From positions 192,001 through 256,000 of the forward strand of contig JAHLVW010000062.1 in the NCBI GenBank assembly GCA_019058275.1: a stretch of DNA of 64,000 nucleotides, given 5' to 3'. Below the pieces are notes generated by a model. That model ran no database searches. It was not told the DNA's origin and saw only the letters and a list, made by a program, of their open reading frames with translations. The stretch's first letter is position 1. Each line of letters begins with the position of its first letter. This DNA is from Candidatus Heimdallarchaeota archaeon. GTDB lineage: Archaea; Asgardarchaeota; Heimdallarchaeia; JABLTI01. Shown here piece by piece: positions 54,192 through 63,785 of the stretch. Position numbers and translations under genes: made by a program.

Positions 54192-55889
54192 ATGTCTTAC
54201 CTATTCGATAAACTCAAAACAAAAGTCGGAAAAGCTAAAGTAGAAGCTAAAATACTACTTATGGGTCTCCAAGAAGCTGGAAAAACAACTATCAAAGATG
54301 TAGTATTCTTTGGTAAAGAACTTGGTGAAGTCGAAGACTACATGGCTACGATTCACTATGAGCGCCAATTTATTGATGATGAAAAAGAGAATCTCATAAT
54401 TGATTCTGGCGGACAAGAAGCCTACTGGAATGAAGCTGTTACACAATTCCGACATTTGGTTTTTTCAAATGTAAAGTTATTACTTTGGATAATTGACATG
54501 ACACGATCAGATCTTTTTGAGGAGTCTGAAAGAAGGTTTAGTTTTACAATTCGTCAATTTAAAAAGGAGAATCCTAAAGGAAAAATCGCTGTTCTTTGTC
54601 ATAAAGTAGATTTAATTCCTCCAGAAGAAGTTGTTGCATTATTGGATCAGATTAAAATTAATTTTGATGAACCAAAATATAAAATACAATTCGAACCTTC
54701 TAGTATATATTATCCTGATAGTTTGAAAGAATTAATTTTTACATTAATGAAAAATGCAAAGATGAATGTTAAGCGTTTCGAGCTAATTACAAATCTTGGA
54801 AAGAAGATTGAAGAAAGTGAAGAATTCAAAAGCTATATTATAGATAACAAAGAAGATCCAAGAATTCTACAACTTATGGAATTCCTAAATCCTTCTTCAG
54901 AAACCACTCTACCAACGTTTGGAAAAGCTAGTGTTCAGTTTGATCTTTCTAAGTATGATATAATCGAATTAGTTCTCATCAATAAAGAAACAAACTCCCC
55001 AGTTATTGGTACTGCTTCTCAAGGTTCTGTAAGCATAGAAACTTCTTTGGACTATATATTGGCTTTACAAGAATTCAAAGAAATAATAAAAGAGAGAAAA
55101 ATTGATGAAGATTCAACCATTTTAATTGTAACTTCTTCCAATAAGAAAGTCCATGGTATGATTGTCAATTTAGGGATTAATTTTCTATTAATGACTTCAT
55201 TTTCACCAATTTCTGAAGAAAAAACAAAAACACTTTTTGGTCTTATTCGTGAATTTTCAAAAAGCATTGATATTCCAACTAAAATTAATGAAGTTATTCC
55301 AGAAGTATCAACATCTAAACCAGTTGAAGTAACTCCTCCAACTACTAATGTAACTCCAAAAATACCTGAGGAAGTTGTAAAAGCACCTGAAGTTATCAAA
55401 CCTTCAAAAGAAGTGGTTGCTGATGGAGAGGTTACTGAAGAAAAGAGTATGTTTTCATTTATTAATCAATTAAGGGATAATTTGAAGACCCAATCTGATG
55501 AAGAAGTTATCTTGGAAGAAGAACCTACAGATGAGATTATACAAGAAAAGGTTATTGTTCCAACACTTGAAAAGGAAATTGAACCAGAAGATATTCAAGT
55601 ACCTCCTGAGCCTATTATTGAACCTACTTCTCTGGAAGAAGCAGCTGAAGAAGTAATTGAAGCACCTGTTGTAGAAATTGTTGAAGTGCAACCAGAACCT
55701 GAACCAGCCAAACGCAAACCTAGCTTTGTTTCGAGACTAAAAGCAGAAAGGAGACGTTACAAAATCAAACAAATTCAAATGAAAGCTGAAAAACTTAATT
55801 TCTCAGAGGATGATCTTAAAGAATTAGCAGAATTCTTAACCAAAGAAAATTCTTCTGAAGAAAAAGAGACAAAAAAAGAAACAAAGTAA
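54192..55889 (+). CDS. Rag/Gtr1-family GTPase with roadblock/longin-like domain and acidic Pro/Glu-rich tail
   Basis: KILLMGLQEAGKTT, AT, DSGGQ, VFSNV, HKVD. Confidence 0.85.
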   Translation: MSYLFDKLKTKVGKAKVEAKILLMGLQEAGKTTIKDVVFFGKELGEVEDYMATIHYERQFIDDEKENLIIDSGGQEAYWNEAVTQFRHLVFSNVKLLLWIIDMTRSDLFEESERRFSFTIRQFKKENPKGKIAVLCHKVDLIPPEEVVALLDQIKINFDEPKYKIQFEPSSIYYPDSLKELIFTLMKNAKMNVKRFELITNLGKKIEESEEFKSYIIDNKEDPRILQLMEFLNPSSETTLPTFGKASVQFDLSKYDIIELVLINKETNSPVIGTASQGSVSIETSLDYILALQEFKEIIKERKIDEDSTILIVTSSNKKVHGMIVNLGINFLLMTSFSPISEEKTKTLFGLIREFSKSIDIPTKINEVIPEVSTSKPVEVTPPTTNVTPKIPEEVVKAPEVIKPSKEVVADGEVTEEKSMFSFINQLRDNLKTQSDEEVILEEEPTDEIIQEKVIVPTLEKEIEPEDIQVPPEPIIEPTSLEEAAEEVIEAPVVEIVEVQPEPEPAKRKPSFVSRLKAERRRYKIKQIQMKAEKLNFSEDDLKELAEFLTKENSSEEKETKKETK

Positions 55890-55890
55890 A

Positions 55891-57111
55891 TTATACTGGT
55901 CTACTTTTCTCATATCGTCTATATTCTAGATTAGCATCTAAAATAACTGGTATTTCTCTTATGCCCTCAATACATTCATGAACAGGATAAATTTTGATTG
56001 TTGTAGTACCAAATCCTGCAGTAACTTTAATACCCCTATCTATTTGTTCTGAGTTTTCTAAAGCGACATCCAAAACAGATTTTTGTATTTGTTTTCCGCA
56101 GACATCACATTTAACACCAATTTTGGTTTTAAATTTAATTTCTAGATTACCTACCTTTTTCACTTTATTCGATTTTAGATAATTTGCTAATGTTTCTCTC
56201 ATTTTGGCTTTTGCTTGTCCTAACAATTCATCTGGTTGGAATAAATTACTTATTTGTCCACATAATCGATCAAATGATTCTTGAGCAACTGCGAACGATG
56301 TATCTTCAGGAAAAATAGTTGTAACTATTAAATCATCTTCAACTTCTTTCATAAAAACACCATGCTTTCCATAAGTGAAAATCGCTTGGTTTAGTAACAT
56401 TCCTGGGAAGTAAGCTTTTGCTAATTCATTTTTTAATCTTGAATAATTAACTCCTGAAACTACTTCAGGTTCAGAATACAAAACTAATCCTTGTGCAGTT
56501 GATAAAGCTATAAATGATAGTTTATGACTGCCTTTAATACTTTTTATTTCAGTAGTTTTAGCATCATCCCTTGGATAAACAAAGGAGAGAACTTGTTGCA
56601 TTGCATCCCAAACAGTTTGGTCAAAAATAGAAGTTCCATAGATACTAGCATTTTGATATTTTTCTAATTCGAATATATCGTTAATAGATTTGATCATTGC
56701 TTCCCTTTTATTTAAAGGAACAATATCCATTTTATGAACGAATACATATATTCTTGCTGCAGAGCTCACTTCTTTTAAGCTTTTGAATGTTAAATCAAAA
56801 TAGTATTTCGATCGCATGATATTTGCTGCATCAGATACATCTACAACAAATATTACTGCTCTTACATCTGTGAAAGTTCTTTCTTTATATTGTTGAAATA
56901 TTTCATTAAGATAGTTTGTTTGTCCACCGATATCAAAGAGATTTATACCACCACCTGCAAGGTTGAAGAGCTTCCGGTTTATCCTTACAGTAGCTGGATT
57001 TAATTCTGTTGATTCAGGGGTAAATCCTTCAAAGACAACTTGACGTATAGAAGTTTTTCCTGATTGAGATAATCCTAGTACTATAACTTTCGATTCCAAT
57101 TTATCTACCAT
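55891..57111 (-). CDS. Rag/Gtr1-family GTPase with roadblock-like and C-terminal Cys/His domain
   Basis: GLSQSGKTSI, PAT, DIGGQ, VHKMD, GTSIFD; FIALSTAQGLVLYS; CDVC...HEC. Confidence 0.88.
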   Translation of the reverse strand: MVDKLESKVIVLGLSQSGKTSIRQVVFEGFTPESTELNPATVRINRKLFNLAGGGINLFDIGGQTNYLNEIFQQYKERTFTDVRAVIFVVDVSDAANIMRSKYYFDLTFKSLKEVSSAARIYVFVHKMDIVPLNKREAMIKSINDIFELEKYQNASIYGTSIFDQTVWDAMQQVLSFVYPRDDAKTTEIKSIKGSHKLSFIALSTAQGLVLYSEPEVVSGVNYSRLKNELAKAYFPGMLLNQAIFTYGKHGVFMKEVEDDLIVTTIFPEDTSFAVAQESFDRLCGQISNLFQPDELLGQAKAKMRETLANYLKSNKVKKVGNLEIKFKTKIGVKCDVCGKQIQKSVLDVALENSEQIDRGIKVTAGFGTTTIKIYPVHECIEGIREIPVILDANLEYRRYEKSRPV

Positions 57112-57268
57112 GTGCTCACCAGCAATCTCGTATGATTCTTTTCTAGAATATACTATTTTTATCTTTGGATTATGTCAATTTCAAATACTATTGATTTATC
57201 GTCTTAGAATCTGTATATTTTGAATAAGACCAACAGTTATATAGAGTATAATTTATGGTAAATTCATT

Positions 57269-58073
57269 ATGTCCTCCACGAAAAAGAAAATTCTTCTCAC
57301 ATGTGATGATGGCATACGTAGCAATGGTATGCTCGAGTTATACAGTCATTTATCTAAATTTGCTAATGTAACAATTATTACTCCACAAGGTCAACGAAGT
57401 GCTGAGAGCAAAGCAATAACTATTAACAAAATATTACGTGTAGAAAAGGTCAATATAATAGATGGGATTAGTGGATATTCCATTTCAGGGACATCAGCAG
57501 ATGCAGTTATTTTTGGGTTAAATAGCTTAGAAGAAAGGTCCTTTCGATTTAGTTGTTGCTGGTATTAATCAAGGACTTAATATTTCATCTCATATTGTAC
57601 TTACTTCAGGTACATGTGCTGCTGCATTTGAAGCTTCATTCTATAACGTTCCATCTATAGCATTTTCAATGGATGTTTCTCAAAAAAACTATTTTGTTAC
57701 ACCAACTCGAGAGATTTTCAAAAATGCCGGTAAAATAGCTGCTTCAATAACAAAGAAGGTTCTAAACCTAACCTTTCCAGAAAAATTAGCCTTTATCAAT
57801 GTCAACTTTCCTTTAGATGCTAATGACGAAACACCTGTAGAATTGACTTCATTAGCTAATAAGTTTTTAGTTTTCAAACCAGATTTAAGAAAAGATCCAA
57901 GGAACAATGATTACTATTTCTTGTGGGGGAATCCTGTGCAAGAAGCACCAAAAGGCAGTGATATAGAAGCTATAATGCATGGCAAAATTAGTGTATCACC
58001 TGTTACTGCAGATTTAAATCTTAATAACAATAAAGAATCAAATAACTTGCTAGATAAGTTAATAGAAAAATAA
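57269..58073 (+). pseudogene. surE: 5'/3'-nucleotidase SurE, frameshift near 57537
   Basis: ILLTCDDGI, SGTSAD, out-of-frame GINQG-x-N and SGT-x-AAA, INVNFP, ISVSP. Confidence 0.9.
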
Positions 58074-58095
58074 GAAAAAGATTAAGGAAGAATCC

Positions 58096-59508
58096 TTACT
58101 TCTTCTCTTTCTTCTTTGGTTTTAAAGGACCAATCTTGTGATATACATTTCGCTCAAAAACGAAATCAATTTTCCCTGTTTTAGCATCAATTTTGAACTC
58201 ACAAGGATATTTTATTAATCCCATTGGAATCCAGAATTTATAGTCCTTTTTCGAATCTGTTATTGGTATTATGGGAAATGCAGAGCAATCTTGATTTGGA
58301 TTTTTAAAGTAAAGTTGTTGACCATTTTTAATAATCTCTGCTTTGTTTATTCCTTTGAAAGTTTGATATGTTCCCACTAATTGCTCTATCTTTGAATCAA
58401 GACGTAATGTTGGATGATCTTCTAATGGATTTTTTCCAACTAATGTAGCAAAAATAGCTTGTGTTATAATACTGCCTTGAGTCTGCCCAACATTACCTTC
58501 TATAACAACACCCATTTTCTTTGAAGGAATAAAGCCCATGTAAGCACTTGAAACTGCTGTAGAACCGCCATGACCAATTACTGTTTCACCAAAAACATCT
58601 TCAGTTATTGTTAAACCTAAACCATAATATGATTTGCCAAAACTACCTTGAGGTAGATCAATCATAGGAGTTAACATCTGTTTTATTGAACTTGGTTTGA
58701 CAATTTGCTTATCTTTGAACTTACCTTTATTAAGAAACATAAGCATATAATTTTCCATTTCTTTTACAGATGAAATTAATCCTCCAGCAGCATGTATTAA
58801 ATCATCAAATGGATGCATTGATTCTTTCAAATTCCCTTTTTCAGTTCCATAAGCAGTCATTCTATCTTCTTCTTTTTCAAATTCATCTCTTAGGTAAGTA
58901 GAACGATTCATCTCTAGTGGTTTCAAGATGTTTTCTTTAATGTATTTATGATTCTTTTTACCTGAAACTGCTTCGATAACCATTCCAAGTAGAATATATC
59001 CACCATTGAAATAGAAGTAATTTTTTTCTGGATCAGCAAATACTTCTGCTTGAGCACTATTTGCATGAATCAAAAAATCGCTATCACTACTCATTGGAAC
59101 ATAAGTTTCATTTTCAGGAAATGAATGTCTGGAAATTAAAATGTTTGCTACTCCAAGATCAGGAATACCTGAAGAGTGTGACATTAAATGTTTAATAGCA
59201 ATAGGTTTTTCTTCATTTCCAAGTTTAAATGGTATATGTTTGGAAACTGAATCATCAAGTTTTAATTTTCCTTGTTCAACAAGTTGTAATAATGCTAAAC
59301 AAGTAAATGATTTGCTTATTGAACCGATACCATAAAGTGTATCAAGAGTAGCAGGTAGATTTCCTTGTAATGTTCTTGCTCCAATACCCTTAGTGAAGAT
59401 TGCTTTTCCTTTATCTACAACAGTAAGACTTAATCCTGGAATTTTCATCTGTTGCATTAAAGTAGTAATCATGCCTTCTAATTTTTCTATTGAATAATTC
59501 TCAGTCAT
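58096..59508 (-). CDS. Serine hydrolase (beta-lactamase family, Pab87-like) with C-terminal domain
   Basis: GSISK, LMSHSSG, YFN, AAGGL, GHGG. Confidence 0.9.
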   Translation of the reverse strand: MTENYSIEKLEGMITTLMQQMKIPGLSLTVVDKGKAIFTKGIGARTLQGNLPATLDTLYGIGSISKSFTCLALLQLVEQGKLKLDDSVSKHIPFKLGNEEKPIAIKHLMSHSSGIPDLGVANILISRHSFPENETYVPMSSDSDFLIHANSAQAEVFADPEKNYFYFNGGYILLGMVIEAVSGKKNHKYIKENILKPLEMNRSTYLRDEFEKEEDRMTAYGTEKGNLKESMHPFDDLIHAAGGLISSVKEMENYMLMFLNKGKFKDKQIVKPSSIKQMLTPMIDLPQGSFGKSYYGLGLTITEDVFGETVIGHGGSTAVSSAYMGFIPSKKMGVVIEGNVGQTQGSIITQAIFATLVGKNPLEDHPTLRLDSKIEQLVGTYQTFKGINKAEIIKNGQQLYFKNPNQDCSAFPIIPITDSKKDYKFWIPMGLIKYPCEFKIDAKTGKIDFVFERNVYHKIGPLKPKKKEKK

Positions 59509-59670
59509 TTTTATAACACCTAAAATTACAGAAAGCAAAATGATATTTGTATTTTCTTGTAAATCTCTTCTAAGGAACTCGTAATTGCAAAATTAATAAT
59601 ATTATTATAAGCTAAATTCACTGTTTGTATGCTTTATATTGAAAAATATCAATTGGACTAGGTATTTAAC

Positions 59671-60159
59671 ATGGCAAATCGTAGTAAAGCATTGAAAAAA
59701 TCTCTTCAAAAGGACTTGAAGAATCTTGAAGATATCTCAGTCAGTAAAGCTTTGAATATTATAGTACAGCATTTAAAGAAAAAAGGGAATTTTAATTCTT
59801 GTGTACTTACAGATAATAATGGCCTTATTATGGCTGAATCTATACATAAACAAGAGAATAGAGATAATTTATCTGCTACAAGTGCATTAATTGATGACAC
59901 ATCTGAGAGAATTTCTGATTATATAAAAATAGGTAAAATAAATCTCAGCTATTTTGTTTCTAAAAATGTCATGGTTTGGATGTTACCTATTGAACTACCC
60001 AATTGTGATGATCGTTATATTTTATTAGCAACAAAAGGTATTACTATCCTTACTGGTATGCCTAAATCAATCCTAAAATTACTCGGCAAGGAAGAAATCA
60101 ATATACATGCATTATTATTAATTTCTTCTAAGTGGATTGCAAAGGTTTGTAAAGAATAA
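59671..60159 (+). CDS. Roadblock/LC7-like protein
   Basis: CVLTDNNGLIMAES followed by helix LSATSALI. Confidence 0.7.
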   Translation: MANRSKALKKSLQKDLKNLEDISVSKALNIIVQHLKKKGNFNSCVLTDNNGLIMAESIHKQENRDNLSATSALIDDTSERISDYIKIGKINLSYFVSKNVMVWMLPIELPNCDDRYILLATKGITILTGMPKSILKLLGKEEINIHALLLISSKWIAKVCKE

Positions 60160-60247
60160 TTCTCGTTTTTTTGTTATTTTTCTAAAAAAATAGGTCGTTT
60201 TATTCAAATGATTATTTATATAAAATTTCATCTAACCATTCTCATTC

Positions 60248-60267
60248 TTCGTCGAAAAATCGACGAA
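60248..60267. terminator. Perfect 8-bp hairpin between convergent genes
   Basis: ttcgtcga-aaaa-tcgacgaa. Confidence 0.5.
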
Positions 60268-60272
60268 TTTGT

Positions 60273-60292
60273 AGTCTTAAAAAAATAAGACT
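60273..60292. repeat. 20-bp palindrome AGTCTTA-aaaaaa-TAAGACT (site B)
   Basis: Same arms and 6-bp spacer as 13248-13267. Confidence 0.7.
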
Positions 60293-60342
60293 AATTTCAG
60301 TGTTACAAAAATGGTATAAAAAATGTATAGCTGCTGAATCAG

Positions 60343-62505
60343 TTATTTCATTAATTCAGCAATTTTTTCTTCAAGCCATTTGTAAAGTGGAGATGGCTCT
60401 TCGAGAATCTTATTAATGACAATCTTTGCATCTTTGAGATATTCTGAAATCTCTTTTGCAAGAATATTAAGTTTCATAATAGAATCGTAGTTTTCTTGAG
60501 ATACAATAAAAGCTATATTTAGATCTTCGTTAATGTTTTGATAGAGGATGATATTATTTCCTCTACTGATAGAGAAGTAAGGTTCTTTAGTACCAAATAG
60601 CTGTTTCCCAAATGAATCGATAGCTGAGATGAAGTTCGATATCAATTGTTGATTCATTTTTTGAACATCAAATATTTTGGTGTAAATTGTTAGACCAGCG
60701 TTGTTTATCAGTAGTATAAGTTTAATATCAGCTTTAATTGGGTTAACTTGTTGAGGTAGTTGTACTAGTTCTTCTAGTGTTTTTTCAGTCATGTGCATTA
60801 CCATAACCTTAGCTGCATCTTTATTTGATGCAAGTTCCTGCATTAAAGGTTCAGAGTAACCTGTGATTTGGGTTTTTTTGCCTTCATCCTCATCTTTTCT
60901 CTTTGAAAATTCTAGTAATTGCTTCATCATTGCTTTATTAGCTTTGATTTTCTCTTCATTACTATCTGGAATAGCATCAATTAGTTCTTCTGCTCTGTCG
61001 AAGTTTTGCGACAGTATTTCGAATCCAGCTAATGAAACATTTCTATCTGCTACCCATTGTGGCAAATCTAAAGCTCCGACTAAAGTTAATAATTCATTCA
61101 ATCGTTTCTTTGCAGAGCTTAAGAATCGTTCTTTTTCAGTGATTTTATAGAATTGGAAATCTGTGTTAACTAAGTTATAAACAGAAGCTAATGCATTAAG
61201 GTAATCTTTCTGTTTATTGAAATAATAAAGTGATTCTTCACCCCACTTATAGGCTTCTTCTGAATTAATTTCTAAATCAAGATAGTAGCTGAATTTTGCA
61301 CTAGCAGCAATAGCTTTATTCATCAAGGTTGGAGCTTGTGCTACTTTTTCATCAAGTTTTTTCAGATATTTTTTAGCTAATTCATAATCATCTAAAGACA
61401 TAGCATTTGCTGCTACTGCATAAGCTCTAAACGGAGTTACTAGTTCATCACTTGTTTCTAATAATTCTACTAATTTCTTCAAGTATTTTCTTGCTTCAGA
61501 TTTTCGATTTGCTTGCGTATGTAATCCTATAAGATTGCTTAAAGCTGATGCTATTGATTGATAATCGCCCGTTCCATCTATTAATTCCAGACATGTTTCA
61601 TATGCTCCTACGCATTTATCTGTATCAACTAATGTATACATATAAGCTAGATTATGATAAAATGTGGATTTCCAGGAATTCCTTCCATAAACTTTCTTTA
61701 AGAGTTTTTCAGCTTTTTCCAATAGTTTTAGACCCTTTGTAGGTTGCCCAGCACTATAGTATAGCATAGCACTTATATGGAAGATATTGGCTTTCATCAC
61801 AGTACTTTGACTTAGCTTTAGAATCTCTTGAACATCTTCCTTTTCATAATATTCAAGTGCAGCATCAAGACCTTTTGAGTTCATTAGGATTTGAGTTTTT
61901 TGTAGGATTAAACGAGCAACACGTTCTTGAACAAAAACAACTTCCTTTGATTTCGACCATTCAATTGCTCTTTTCCAAACACCTTCTGCTTTCGCAGATA
62001 TTTCATCGATTTCTTCATATTCTTCTTTCATTGCTTTAAACATAATTTCTAAAGCAAAGCTTTGAAGGTCCATAATTACACTTGCTAGCTTATCAGCTGC
62101 AACTAATCGATTAAATATCATATTTCTATTGCCATCTGTTAAACGTGTTTTTCCTAGAACTTCTTCTATGTTATCAAAGATTCCCTTATCAACTTGCAAT
62201 TGTATATTATAAAACTGTAATTCAGGTGATTTAGGATATGTTTTAAGAAGTTCAGGTACTGCCTCTTCTTTTGTGAGATCAATCGTTATTTGACCAAACA
62301 TGATAAATACTAAAGATGAAATGTCATCGTTTTTGTACTTTGTTAAATAATCAGTTAGACCAAGGTAGAGAGCTTCATATTTATCTTTCATTTTACTATA
62401 ATTATCTTTGATTATCTTTAAGATACCAGATTTCTCAATTGGTGATACAATTTTGAATAATGATTGATACTCTATAGTAACTATATCTGTTGCTTCGAAA
62501 CTCAA
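60343..62505 (-). CDS. TPR-repeat protein with C-terminal longin domain
   Basis: TPR-like helices (YHNLAYMY, ALSNLIGLH); LILLINNAGLTIYT...LISNFISAIDSFGKQLF. Confidence 0.78.
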   Translation of the reverse strand: MSFEATDIVTIEYQSLFKIVSPIEKSGILKIIKDNYSKMKDKYEALYLGLTDYLTKYKNDDISSLVFIMFGQITIDLTKEEAVPELLKTYPKSPELQFYNIQLQVDKGIFDNIEEVLGKTRLTDGNRNMIFNRLVAADKLASVIMDLQSFALEIMFKAMKEEYEEIDEISAKAEGVWKRAIEWSKSKEVVFVQERVARLILQKTQILMNSKGLDAALEYYEKEDVQEILKLSQSTVMKANIFHISAMLYYSAGQPTKGLKLLEKAEKLLKKVYGRNSWKSTFYHNLAYMYTLVDTDKCVGAYETCLELIDGTGDYQSIASALSNLIGLHTQANRKSEARKYLKKLVELLETSDELVTPFRAYAVAANAMSLDDYELAKKYLKKLDEKVAQAPTLMNKAIAASAKFSYYLDLEINSEEAYKWGEESLYYFNKQKDYLNALASVYNLVNTDFQFYKITEKERFLSSAKKRLNELLTLVGALDLPQWVADRNVSLAGFEILSQNFDRAEELIDAIPDSNEEKIKANKAMMKQLLEFSKRKDEDEGKKTQITGYSEPLMQELASNKDAAKVMVMHMTEKTLEELVQLPQQVNPIKADIKLILLINNAGLTIYTKIFDVQKMNQQLISNFISAIDSFGKQLFGTKEPYFSISRGNNIILYQNINEDLNIAFIVSQENYDSIMKLNILAKEISEYLKDAKIVINKILEEPSPLYKWLEEKIAELMK

Positions 62506-62629
62506 GATCCATTCCTCTGGCAGGGTATAGGTAATCCTAAATTGCTCTTAAAATAAAGTAAAATATGCTTTTTAGTCTTTTTTGGTATAAGCAAAAGAGG
62601 TGAATTTTGTCAGTCATATATCGATTTTT

Positions 62630-63170
62630 TTACAAAATTCCACAAATAGGATAATCAATATGCTCAACTATCAATCCTCTAAATATTCTTTATGAAATAG
62701 AGATTTGCTTTCAGGACAAATTAGAATTTTTTTGTTTTTATTAATATTTAATTTAGATAGAATATATAGAATTCTTTTCAAAAGAAATCCTTGAATTACA
62801 TTAATTTCATTTTTTCCTCAATTTTGGGTTCATTTTTGTTACATTGATATGAATCTGATCTTACATTTACATAAGGAAATCTAAATCGTTTTTTGCCTTG
62901 ATGTTTTTAAAATGCTCATGTCTGATTTTTCTAAATCTATGGAAAATAAATATCAATATGATAAATGTTACAAAAAAACACAACAACTGATAATGTAATG
63001 ATTGTTGGTATGCTTAACCTCATTATTATAATTTTAAGAATAACCATAATTATAATAGTAAGACCTATGAAAAACTCAATCATTAAGCACTCAGATAATT
63101 CTGTTCTATCATCTGTTTCCGTTATACTAAAAGGATCTAGTCATCGATATTTGAATATTAACTAAATCAT
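62630..63170 (-). pseudogene. Degenerate TM-RING paralog, absent from the ORF track
   Basis: Manual minus-strand translation gives two TM segments, then SKLNINKNKKILICPESKSLFHKEYLED*...YPICG, collinear with the RING of 63228..63689; several stops and frameshifts. Confidence 0.65.
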
Positions 63171-63201
63171 TTTCCTTAAAATTCTACATGAATGAATTTA
63201 A

Positions 63202-63221
63202 GGTCTTATATTTATGAGACT
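63202..63221. repeat. 20-bp palindrome variant GGTCTTA-tattta-TGAGACT (site C)
   Basis: Two substitutions relative to sites A, B and D; same spacer length. Confidence 0.6.
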
Positions 63222-63227
63222 TAAATT

Positions 63228-63689
63228 TTAATTCTTAGTTTTTTTATAGGTTTTTAAAGCATACTTGTAAAAATCTTGGTTACAAACTGGACAAGAAGTG
63301 TCTATATTTAGCCATTGTTGGAAATGATCCTTATGATATAATGAATTACAGTATGGGCATGTATAAATCATCTTGTGTTTATCAATTTCTAGTTTGCAAA
63401 TCATGCATTCAATATTTTGTTTTTTTGGATAATATTTCGACGGTCTTAGATACATAATGATAAGTTCTTTTTTTGTAATCGGTTCGCTAGCAGATGTAAA
63501 AACTGTAATTAAACACAGAAGGGAAATAATAATCGATGAAACCAGAATTAAAACGAGTATTGTTTTTAGGGCGACACTAATTTGTTCTAATGTTAACATA
63601 AGTGTTAATGATATTATACCCAAAATAAAAAAGAAGATTGTAAAAAGCATACTTGATTTTAAAGATAAATCCTTGCCTATAATTTTCAT
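63228..63689 (-). CDS. Two-TM membrane protein with C-terminal RING-type zinc finger
   Basis: CMIC-x12-CPYC-x3-YH-x2-H-x3-W-x6-CPVC. Confidence 0.85.
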   Translation of the reverse strand: MKIIGKDLSLKSSMLFTIFFFILGIISLTLMLTLEQISVALKTILVLILVSSIIISLLCLITVFTSASEPITKKELIIMYLRPSKYYPKKQNIECMICKLEIDKHKMIYTCPYCNSLYHKDHFQQWLNIDTSCPVCNQDFYKYALKTYKKTKN

Positions 63690-63785
63690 TCACCAATTAG
63701 ATGTACTTCCCTATTAACGTTGATTTATGTAACCTATTATTTAAAGCTATTACTGTTAATTTTTCTATGACTGTTAGAAAATTAT

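Noticed and set aside
55280-55720. Nucleotide tandem repeat in the Rag GTPase tail
   Set aside because: It is low-complexity Glu/Pro/Val coding sequence without a repeated unit.
57201-57230. gtctta...taagac as a fifth palindrome copy
   Set aside because: The spacer is 18 bp rather than 6.
620-62039. Numerous short antisense ORFs in the track (e.g. 620-844, 16815-17114, 47742-48191, 55052-55399, 60863-61150)
   Set aside because: They are shadow frames of well-supported genes on the opposite strand and have no motifs.
62965-63165. Plus-strand 66-aa hydrophobic ORF
   Set aside because: It is the antisense of the decayed TM-RING pseudogene.
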